DNA of 64,000 nucleotides from assembly GCA_023461435.1 (NCBI GenBank), contig JAEYLC010000031.1:23126-87125 (forward strand), given 5' to 3'. Below, in pieces: positions 9,682-16,814 of the stretch (position 1 is its first letter; each line of letters opens with the position of its first letter). The position numbers and the translations under genes are program-made. This stretch comes from Bacillota bacterium (lineage in GTDB: Bacteria > Bacillota > Clostridia > Christensenellales > SZUA-584). Below the pieces are notes generated by a model. It saw nothing but the letters and a program-made list of their open reading frames with translations. It had not been told where the DNA came from and did no database searches.

Positions 9682-10914
9682 ATGAAAACGATCGCGATCA
9701 TACTGAGCATAGACACCAAGGAAGCCGAAGCGCGGTTCCTCAAAAAATGCGTGGAGCAGCGCGGCCACAAGGCGCTCGTGATTGATCTCTCCACGCGAGG
9801 CACCTATGATTTCGTGCCCGATGTGACGCGGGAAGAAGTCTGCCTCGCGGGCGGAACGGAGCCGTCCGCGCTTGCGGGGATGCCGAAAAACGAGGCGGTC
9901 CAAGCGATGATGGACGGCGCAAAAGCCATCGTGCCGTATCTGTTTGCGAAAGGCGCTTTCGACGGCATCATCTCCGCGGGCGGCCTTCAGAACACGATGG
10001 CGGCGGCGGGCGCGATGCAAACGCTGCCCTTGGGCGTGCCCAAGGTGATGGTGTCTACGGTAGCCTGCGGCAACCGCAGCTTTGAGCCGTTCGTGGGCAT
10101 CAAGGATATCATCATGATCCCGTCCATCGCCGACATCACAGGCATCAACTCGGTGACCGAGGTGATACTCGGCAACGCGGCGGCCGCGGTGATCGGTATG
10201 GCGGAGCAGTCAAGGCTGCTCCCGAAGGACGGCAAAACGCGCATTGGTACCACGCTGATGGGCGTGACCAACAACTCGGCGGTGCAGGCGGCGCGTTTGC
10301 TTGAAGCGCAGGGCTATGAGGTGATCAGCTTTCATTCCACGGGCGTCGGCGGCAGGTATCTTGAATATCTGATCGGAGAAGGGCTCATTACGGCGTCAAT
10401 GGATCTCTCGCTGCATGAGGTGATCGCGGCGGATGTGTTCAACCTTGGGTTTTCGAACGGCGCACCGGGCAGGCTCAAGGTGGGCTGCGAAAAGGGCATA
10501 CCGATGGTCGTCGCGCCGGGCGCGCTCGATTTTGTGGACATGTATCTGGCGGATTTTAAAAACGGCATTATCGGCGACTGGACGCAGCGCAAGTACAATT
10601 TGCACAACAATGCGGTGGCGCATGTGAAGGCGTTCGCGCATGAATCGAAGAAAGCCGCAGAAATCGTTGTGGAGAGGCTCAATCAGGCAAAGGGTCCGGT
10701 CACGGTGCTGCTGCCGCTGCGCGGCTTGCGCGTGGATACGCTGCCGGGACAGAGCCTGTATGATCCCGAGGTGGACGAGACGATACTGGGTGTGTTCCGC
10801 GCGGGGCTTGACAAACGCATCAAACAGATCGAGGTGGACGCCAACCTCACGGATATGGCGTTCAGTGAAGCGGCGGCAGCAGAGATGGCGGCGCTCATCG
10901 AAAACAAGCAATAA
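9682..10914 (+). CDS. UPF0261 / Tm-1-like ATP-binding domain protein
   Basis: 410 aa. The family call rests on my recognition of MKTIAIILSIDTKEAEARFLKK...ALVIDLS and the overall two-lobe layout, not on a search. Confidence 0.6.
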   Translation: MKTIAIILSIDTKEAEARFLKKCVEQRGHKALVIDLSTRGTYDFVPDVTREEVCLAGGTEPSALAGMPKNEAVQAMMDGAKAIVPYLFAKGAFDGIISAGGLQNTMAAAGAMQTLPLGVPKVMVSTVACGNRSFEPFVGIKDIIMIPSIADITGINSVTEVILGNAAAAVIGMAEQSRLLPKDGKTRIGTTLMGVTNNSAVQAARLLEAQGYEVISFHSTGVGGRYLEYLIGEGLITASMDLSLHEVIAADVFNLGFSNGAPGRLKVGCEKGIPMVVAPGALDFVDMYLADFKNGIIGDWTQRKYNLHNNAVAHVKAFAHESKKAAEIVVERLNQAKGPVTVLLPLRGLRVDTLPGQSLYDPEVDETILGVFRAGLDKRIKQIEVDANLTDMAFSEAAAAEMAALIENKQ

Positions 10915-10928
10915 CAGGAGAGACGTCG

Positions 10929-12173
10929 ATGTATTTTGAACTTCCTTTTGATAACACGGTTTCAATCTCGGACGAAGATTATGTGATCGCGACTTATTTT
11001 GCGTTCGGCATCACGAACGCCGCGGCGCTCAAAAAAGCGGGCCAGTTTGCGACCGGGCAGAGCGTCGGCACATGGCTGCCGCTGCCCGGCGTGACGCAGG
11101 ACATGGTGGAAAACTGGCAGGCCCGCGTGCTCGCCGTGTATCCGCTGCCCACCGAGGAAAGCATTACCGTGCTGCGGGTCGCGTTTCCGCATCACAATTT
11201 TGCGTCGAGCTTCGCGATGATGCTGACCGCGATGGTCGGCAACGACGTATCCACGGCGCTGCGCATCAAGCTCGTGGATCTCGAGCTGACACCCAAGGCG
11301 CTAAAGGCTTACACAGGCCCGAAGCAGAGCATTGAGGGTTGGCGAAAAGCCACGGGCGTTTATGACAGGCCGCTCGTGCTCAACATGATCAAGCCGTGCC
11401 TTGGGTTCGCGCCGAAGCGCGGCGCAGAGCTGTTTTACCAGAGCGGGCTCGGCGGCGTGGATCTCATCAAGGACGACGAGGTGTTCGGCAACACGACGGT
11501 CAGCAGCGTGGCCGGGCGCCTGAAAGCATACAACGCGGCGGCTCGGCGGCTTAAAGAGGAAACGGGCAAAGCTCCGGTCTATATTGTGAATATCACGGAT
11601 ACGCCAAGACGCATGCGCGAGCATGCGCAGGCCGTGATCGGCGAAGGCGGAAAAGCAGCTATGGTCAATTTCGTGTCCACCGGCATTGACGCGCTGCGCG
11701 AGCTTACCGACGAATTCGGCGAAAAGCTCTGCTTCCTCGCGCATTACGCGGGTGCAGGCATGATGAATTCGCCGCAGATCGGCATTGCGGGCAATGTGAT
11801 GCTCGGTGTGCTGCCGCGACTGGCCGGTGCCGATTCTGTGATGACGATGTATGCGGGTTCGGCCGATACGCATGAGCTGTTTGAGTGCCTGCAGACGGTG
11901 CAGAAGCAGAAGCTGCCGATGGGCGGCATTAAGCCGGTCATGACCTCTCTCGGGGGCGGCATCACGCCGCTGTCTATTGGCAGCACGGCCAAAACCTTCG
12001 GCAACGACGTGATACTCGGCGTGGGCGGCGCGGTGCAGGGGCACCCGATGGGCACGACGGCGGGCGCCAAGGCCGTGATGGCGGCGCTCAGCGGCGCCAT
12101 GCAGGGCAAAGAGCTTGACGAGATTGCCGCAGGTTCGCCCGAGCTTCAGGCCGCGATCGACGCGTGGCAATAG
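10929..12173 (+). CDS. RuBisCO-like protein (form IV RbcL homologue, not a carboxylase)
   Basis: GGVDLIKDDE matches the RuBisCO GG.DF.KDDE carbamyl-Lys/metal motif. IKPCLG corresponds to IKPKLG. LGGGITP and GVGGAVQGHPMG match the two phosphate-binding loops. The catalytic His residues of the HIH region are replaced (RLAGADSVM). Confidence 0.85.
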   Translation: MYFELPFDNTVSISDEDYVIATYFAFGITNAAALKKAGQFATGQSVGTWLPLPGVTQDMVENWQARVLAVYPLPTEESITVLRVAFPHHNFASSFAMMLTAMVGNDVSTALRIKLVDLELTPKALKAYTGPKQSIEGWRKATGVYDRPLVLNMIKPCLGFAPKRGAELFYQSGLGGVDLIKDDEVFGNTTVSSVAGRLKAYNAAARRLKEETGKAPVYIVNITDTPRRMREHAQAVIGEGGKAAMVNFVSTGIDALRELTDEFGEKLCFLAHYAGAGMMNSPQIGIAGNVMLGVLPRLAGADSVMTMYAGSADTHELFECLQTVQKQKLPMGGIKPVMTSLGGGITPLSIGSTAKTFGNDVILGVGGAVQGHPMGTTAGAKAVMAALSGAMQGKELDEIAAGSPELQAAIDAWQ

Positions 12174-12211
12174 CGGGCAACAACCGGGTTTCAACTTAAG
12201 AGGTACATGAT

Positions 12212-13234
12212 ATGACATCACGAGATCGCATGTTAAAGACGCTGGCGCACGAGGACACGGACGTCGTTCCGATATTCCCGAAGATCGCGTTTTCCAATGT
12301 GATTGCGGCCAAGGGTATCACGGTCAGAGATTTCATGACCGACGCGGCCAAGATGGCCGAGGCGACGATGGCGGCCCAGAAGCTCTTCGGGTGGGATGCC
12401 GTCGCGCTGCATACCGATATCGGCAGCGAGGGCAAGGCGCTCGGCAGCGTTTATGAGCAGCCTGTGAACGCGCCCTCACATATCGTGAAATACCTGCTCG
12501 ACGATATCGGCGAGTGCGGGAAGATCGTCGTACCGGACCCGCATCGCACAGCGCCGATGAAGACGGTCATCGAAGCCGTCAAGATCGTGAAAGAGAAAAT
12601 CGGCCAAGAGGTTTATGTACAGGCATGGACGAACGGGCCGCTCAACGTGGCCAGCCAGATATTGAAGCTCGATGAGCTGCTTATCGCGGTCTATGACGAC
12701 CCGGACGCGCTGCACCTGGTGCTGGAGCGCTGTCTGGAAACGGCGGTCGTTTACGCGAGGGCGCTCGCAGAAGCGGGCGCGGACGCTGTGGCGTTTGGCC
12801 ATGCGATGGCGTCGACCTCGGTGATTTCGAGAAAGCAGTATGAGGAGTTTGCGCTCCCGTATGAAAAAGAGCTGATATCGGCGATCCATCAGGTCGGGGC
12901 GGCGGCCATCACGCATATCTGCGGCAACACCGAGCCGATTATCGACCTCATCGCACAGAACGGCAGCGATATCATCGATTTCGATCATGTCTGCCGCATA
13001 GACGTTCTGAGAGAAAAAGCGCCCGATAAGATATTCCGCGGCAACATCGACCCGGCGCTGCTTGCCCTGGGAACACAGGAAGAAGTCTGTGAGGCGGTCA
13101 AAGTACTGATGGCGGCGGACGGACGCTCCGGGCGGTTCATATTGGGCTCGGGCTGCGAGGTCGCGCTGAACACGCCGGTTGAAAACCTAAACGCGTTTGT
13201 GCAGGCGGGAAGGGAATTCGGAAAGCTCGGTTAA
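12212..13234 (+). CDS. uroporphyrinogen-decarboxylase (URO-D) family protein, MT2/MtaA-like subtype
   Basis: 340 aa with a URO-D-like N-terminus (RDRMLKTLAHEDTDVVP). It carries ITHICGNT and ILGSGCEV, an H-x-C...C arrangement typical of Zn-dependent MtaA/MtbA/MtsA-type methyltransferases rather than HemE (NLGHG). Confidence 0.7.
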   Translation: MTSRDRMLKTLAHEDTDVVPIFPKIAFSNVIAAKGITVRDFMTDAAKMAEATMAAQKLFGWDAVALHTDIGSEGKALGSVYEQPVNAPSHIVKYLLDDIGECGKIVVPDPHRTAPMKTVIEAVKIVKEKIGQEVYVQAWTNGPLNVASQILKLDELLIAVYDDPDALHLVLERCLETAVVYARALAEAGADAVAFGHAMASTSVISRKQYEEFALPYEKELISAIHQVGAAAITHICGNTEPIIDLIAQNGSDIIDFDHVCRIDVLREKAPDKIFRGNIDPALLALGTQEEVCEAVKVLMAADGRSGRFILGSGCEVALNTPVENLNAFVQAGREFGKLG

Positions 13235-13443
13235 CGTATAAGTAGATAAACGGCGCGCTGCGGTTTGGACTGCTGACAAAGTAAGTATCAAATGTAATTT
13301 TGAGTGAGCGATAGCGAAGCGAAAAATCCCATGTTCAAAGCGATTTACCATGGGATGCTATCCACTGTGTAGTCCGTCGCTTTGCATAGCAAATAAGGTC
13401 ATCAAGCTGGACCGCGTTGCGGTTCAGTATAAAAGAATATTTG

Positions 13444-13540
13444 TATTTCCGAGCCGGACACACCTAAAGGAAACCATGGTGACCCGGCCGATGGGCTGTG
13501 AGCGGAAACGGCGCAGCCTCCCGCGTTTGGAAAGGAAATA
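13444..13540 (+). promoter_or_regulatory. candidate molybdenum/tungsten cofactor (Moco/Tuco) riboswitch aptamer
   Basis: P1 is TATTTCC (13444-50) pairing with GGAAATA (13534-40). Blocks I recall as conserved in the Moco RNA motif are present: CCGAGCC (13449-55), CACC..GGTG helix (13461-81), GCCTCCC (13516-22) and TGGAAAGGA (13528-36). There is a nested GCCGG/CCGGC helix and a GAAA-capped hairpin at 13494-13518. mobB lies downstream and an AOR gene upstream. No covariance model was run. Confidence 0.65.
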
Positions 13541-13574
13541 AGCAGATCAGTTTGCATCCGCAAGCTGCTCATTG

Positions 13575-13606
13575 CCCTTTTCAAAATGGTTGAGAGGGGT
13601 TTTTTT
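13575..13606 (+). terminator. putative expression platform: terminator-like hairpin whose 3' arm is the RBS of the first gene
   Basis: CCCTTTT (13575-81) pairs with AGAGGGG (13593-99), including G-U pairs. A T7 run (13600-06) follows, then TTG 13608. GAGAGGGG is also the only plausible RBS. Confidence 0.45.
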
Positions 13607-13607
13607 A

Positions 13608-14648
13608 TTGAAAAAAGGCTTAAGGCCGATCGCCGTTTTGGGCATAATCGCCGTCATGAGCGGTCTTCTTATCGGCTGTGCAGCAGAAAAGCTTAAGGGC
13701 GATGCCGTGACTGCCGGTGAAATCGCATTAACGGGGCTGGCCGGGGGAGAGCGAGTCATCACAGTGGATGAGATCAAAAAGCTCGAACCGTTTGAGGGAC
13801 ATGTGGAAGGGGCAGACTCTCAAGGAAACGTGATTGAGACCGACATCAAGGGGGGGCGGCTCAGTGAGCTGCTCGCGCTTTATGGTATCAACCAAACCGA
13901 TTTAAACGGTATCCGGCTGACAGCGTCAGACGGCTATTCCATAGAGGTGCCGCATGAGATTCTGGCGCGGCGTGATGTGATACTCGCCTACGAGACGGAC
14001 GGTCAGCCGCTCGATAAGGACAACGCGCCTGTTCACGTGTTTATCCCCGAAGAAAGAGCGATGTACTGGGTACGCATGCTCAGCAAAATCGAAGTCATTG
14101 AGGCGGCGCTCGGCGAAACGGCGACGGGTGTGACCATCATGGAATCTGCTTATGACAAAAACGATTACACCGATTTTGAGCTGAACGGGCAGACATATGC
14201 GGCGCTCGATACGCGAAAAATTTTGGCTGACGGTACTGGCGCGGATACCGTGCGGATGCTTGCGGCGGACGGGCTTGAAAAGAACGAGACACTGGAGAAC
14301 TTTTATAAAGGCGTCATTCAGCTGGAGGGAGAAAATGCGCCGCAGTTTGCGTCCGATACATTGCCAATCGGCATGTCTGTGAAAAAGCTGCTGGTGATTC
14401 AAAGCGGCACGCAGGCATTTTACTTCTTAAGCAGCGCCGAAGCGACAGACGGATCGGTTAGTCTTGAAAAGATAGCGAAAGACTGCGGTCTTGCAGAGGC
14501 CGATGCGTATGTGCTGCGTTTTGATGATGGCGGCGAAAAAACGGTGACGCCTGAGGAGCTTAAGACATTGGCTGTGGGACCGGACGGCGAAATGCTCACG
14601 GAAGACGCACAGAAGAACCCCAAACTCATTTCGATTCAATTATTTTAG
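13608..14648 (+). CDS. lipoprotein with repeated molybdopterin-oxidoreductase-like (Oxidored_molyb fold) domains, function unknown
   Basis: ORF 13572-14648. TTG 13608 gives MKKGLRPIAVLGIIAVMSGLLIGC, a Sec-type lipobox without a twin-Arg. The region LSELLALYGI...IRLTASDGYSIEVPHEIL..RDVILAYETDGQPL...APVHVFIPEE.AMYWVRMLSKIEV resembles the YedY/sulfite-oxidase Moco-domain pattern. A second, weaker copy is present (MLAADGLEKNE...IQLEGENAPQF...VKKLLVIQ). Confidence 0.6.
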   Translation: MKKGLRPIAVLGIIAVMSGLLIGCAAEKLKGDAVTAGEIALTGLAGGERVITVDEIKKLEPFEGHVEGADSQGNVIETDIKGGRLSELLALYGINQTDLNGIRLTASDGYSIEVPHEILARRDVILAYETDGQPLDKDNAPVHVFIPEERAMYWVRMLSKIEVIEAALGETATGVTIMESAYDKNDYTDFELNGQTYAALDTRKILADGTGADTVRMLAADGLEKNETLENFYKGVIQLEGENAPQFASDTLPIGMSVKKLLVIQSGTQAFYFLSSAEATDGSVSLEKIAKDCGLAEADAYVLRFDDGGEKTVTPEELKTLAVGPDGEMLTEDAQKNPKLISIQLF

Positions 14649-14660
14649 GAGGATGATATA

Positions 14661-15137
14661 ATGACAAAAAAGCTTTTGACTGCGGTATTGATCACAATGA
14701 TGGTCGTCTCGGCGCTGGCGGCTTGCGCGCCTGCGCCTGCGCAAACAGAGCAGGCGGCGTGGTCCGTTGAAGTGAAGGGCGCGGAAAAGGATGCTTTCAC
14801 GAGCGCGGATTATGCGAAGCTCGATCCCGTCACCATCGACACGGTGCTCAAAACCAAGGACGGCACTCAGGCGGACGAAGCATGGCAGGGCGTGCTATTA
14901 AAGGATGTGCTTAATGAGCTGGGCGTGAAGGATTACACCTCCATAACGCTCGAAGCATCGGACGGTTACGCGAAAGACTATACGCCGGACATCGTGAATG
15001 ATGATCAGACGATACTCGGCACCGTTGTCAACGGAAAAGCGCTGACGCAGGAGGATGGCTATGTGTGCGCGGTTCCGGCCAGCCAGCCGGGCAACATGCG
15101 CGTGAAGCTGCTCGTGAAAATCACGGTCAATGAATAA
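14661..15137 (+). CDS. small lipoprotein, single Oxidored_molyb-like domain (paralogue of 13608 and 15698)
   Basis: AGGAGG RBS and signal peptide with lipobox LAAC. The region WSVEVKGA...WQGVLLKDVLNELGV...ITLEASDGYAKDY...ILGTVVNGKAL...MRVKLLVKITV follows the domain pattern. No Cys is present in the W.G region where Moco enzymes carry their ligand. Confidence 0.6.
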   Translation: MTKKLLTAVLITMMVVSALAACAPAPAQTEQAAWSVEVKGAEKDAFTSADYAKLDPVTIDTVLKTKDGTQADEAWQGVLLKDVLNELGVKDYTSITLEASDGYAKDYTPDIVNDDQTILGTVVNGKALTQEDGYVCAVPASQPGNMRVKLLVKITVNE

Positions 15138-15705
15138 GAAAAAAGGGCTTCTCGCGTCGTACTCGGCGCGCGATCTGATCAACATTGCGCTGTGCGCTGC
15201 GCTCGGCATTGCCGTGAAGCCCATACTGACACCGCTCGTTCATATCGTCACCGGGCCGCTGGTTGTCCCCGGAGGAGCCATGGCGGGCGGCTTGTATATG
15301 CTGTTCATCATTGTGCCTGTCGGGCTCACAAAAAAACATGGCGCATCAACGCTCACCTGCCTGGTGCAGGCGCTGCTCATGATGGTTACGGGTGTGCCCG
15401 GCAGCCATGGCGTATTGAGCCTCGTGACGTATGTGCTGCCCGGCGTGGCGGTAGATCTTATTTCATTGACGGCGGTTAAAAAGGGGCTGAATGCGTTCAC
15501 TTGCCTGATCTGCGGGCTCGCGGCCAACACGGTCGGCTCGTTTCTGTCGAATCTGGTGTTTTTCCGGCTGCCGCTTGTGCCGCTTATGCTGATGCTTTTT
15601 ACCGCGGCGCTGTCCGGATGCTTCGGCGGGCTGATTGCGTGGCAGCTGATCAAGCGGCTGCGGCGGTTTGCTCCGGCTGTGGGGAAGGGAGAATCGCATG
15701 AATAA
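15130..15705 (+). CDS. six-TM integral membrane protein, ECF-transporter S-component-like
   Basis: 191 aa. By eye there are six hydrophobic spans. The N-terminal ARDLINIALCAALGIAV resembles S-component starts. Its start overlaps the upstream stop (ATGAATAA). No EcfA/EcfT genes are in the window. Confidence 0.5.
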   Translation: MNKKKGLLASYSARDLINIALCAALGIAVKPILTPLVHIVTGPLVVPGGAMAGGLYMLFIIVPVGLTKKHGASTLTCLVQALLMMVTGVPGSHGVLSLVTYVLPGVAVDLISLTAVKKGLNAFTCLICGLAANTVGSFLSNLVFFRLPLVPLMLMLFTAALSGCFGGLIAWQLIKRLRRFAPAVGKGESHE

Positions 15706-16204
15706 AAGAGTCTGGCTGATGGCGGATATCATTTTGCTGCTGGCGGCCGGTGTCGCCGTGTTCGTAATGCTGAATGCGCAAACGCTGCCAAATGGCGGAA
15801 GCGATGCTGTCACCATCATACAAAATGACCAGACGGTGACCTTTGATATTGCGTATTTAAAGGGGCTGTCCAAAACGACGTTTACCGCAAATCTCGATAC
15901 CAACGGGCAGGACCCGGTGGAAAAAACCTTCGGCGGTGTGCCGCTCACCGATGTGCTCAAAGGCATGGGGTTTGATTTGAGCGGCGCGTCTCAGGTCGTC
16001 TTCAAAGCGTCAGACGGCTATTCGACGGTGGTGACGGCGGAGGAAGCAACGGATTCGGACAACGTTTATGTGGTTTATGAAAGGGACGGCAAGCCTTCGG
16101 GCACAATGGCGCAGGGCGGAACGGGCCCGATAGAGATCGTGATCAGAAAGGATGCGTTCTCCCAGCGCTGGTGCAAGTACCTGCGGGAGATTGACATCGA
16201 GTGA
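15698..16204 (+). CDS. membrane-anchored Oxidored_molyb-like domain protein (third paralogue)
   Basis: ORF 15668-16204. ATG 15698 overlaps the upstream stop (ATGAATAA). An N-terminal TM span (VWLMADIILLLAAGVAVFVML) is followed by FGGVPLTDVLKGMGF...VVFKASDGYSTVV...VYVVYERDGKP...GPIEIVIRKD...RWCKYLREIDI. Confidence 0.6.
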   Translation: MNKRVWLMADIILLLAAGVAVFVMLNAQTLPNGGSDAVTIIQNDQTVTFDIAYLKGLSKTTFTANLDTNGQDPVEKTFGGVPLTDVLKGMGFDLSGASQVVFKASDGYSTVVTAEEATDSDNVYVVYERDGKPSGTMAQGGTGPIEIVIRKDAFSQRWCKYLREIDIE

Positions 16205-16274
16205 GCGCGTCTTGCTTCAAGTGCCTGCTGTTTAGGGCAATTATTTCGCTGTACAATAATACTGGGAGCAGCTT

Positions 16275-16781
16275 ATGAAGATTTTCAGCATTGTGGGGTA
16301 CTCGCATTCGGGCAAAACCGCAACGGCGGCAGCGCTGATCAGGGAGCTGATCAGGCGCGGCTATACCGTCGGCGCGGTGAAGGAGAGCCACCACGCGATC
16401 AGAACGGATACGCAGGGGACGAATACCGATCTGCTGCGTCAGGCTGGGGCCGGTCTCGTCGCGGCCAGATCACAAAATGAAACGCATGTGTTTTTTGACG
16501 AACGGCTGCCGCTGAAGAACATATTGGCTTTTTTTGATTATGATTATGTGGTGCTCGAGGGCGTGAGCGATGTCGCAGTGCCGCAGATCGTCACGGCGGT
16601 TGACACAGAGGGCATTGAGGCAAAGCTCAGCGCGCAGACGTTCGCCGTCTCGGGCGTGATTTCAAAGACGCTGCGCGAATACAAGGGCCTGCCCGTGATC
16701 AACGGCCTCGCGGATACGGCGAGGCTTGCGGATTTCATTGAAGAAAAGGCCGTTATCTGGCGGAAAGATTGGGAAGAATAG
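16275..16781 (+). CDS. mobB: molybdopterin-guanine dinucleotide biosynthesis adapter protein MobB
   Basis: Matches the MobB pattern: MKIFSIVGYSHSGKTATAAALIRELIRRGYTVGAVKESHH (Walker A plus the KH.HH-like motif), then TDLLRQAGA. About 168 aa. Confidence 0.8.
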   Translation: MKIFSIVGYSHSGKTATAAALIRELIRRGYTVGAVKESHHAIRTDTQGTNTDLLRQAGAGLVAARSQNETHVFFDERLPLKNILAFFDYDYVVLEGVSDVAVPQIVTAVDTEGIEAKLSAQTFAVSGVISKTLREYKGLPVINGLADTARLADFIEEKAVIWRKDWEE

Positions 16782-16814
16782 AGATAACACCGCCGGGGAA
16801 TGAGGTGAGTAGAT

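Noticed and set aside
10929-12173. A bona fide CO2-fixing RuBisCO large subunit.
   Set aside because: Residues equivalent to Lys177, Arg295, His325/His327 and the Lys334 loop are substituted. There is no small-subunit, phosphoribulokinase or carboxysome gene nearby. It is a form-IV RLP.
13350-13777. Small ORFs 13350-13541(+), 13402-13584(-) and 13547-13777(-) in the gap after the URO-D-like gene.
   Set aside because: They overlap the proposed riboswitch and terminator or the true lipoprotein start, have no RBS, and have implausible composition. An RNA element explains the region better.
13608-16204. Reading the operon as an MsrPQ-like (YedYZ) periplasmic methionine-sulfoxide reductase system.
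   Set aside because: The soluble proteins have Sec/lipobox rather than Tat signals and lack the cofactor-ligand Cys context. Two of the three are far smaller than MsrP. The membrane protein lacks the paired TM histidines needed for the YedZ hemes. I cannot exclude this without HMM or structure comparison, so it remains the main alternative hypothesis.
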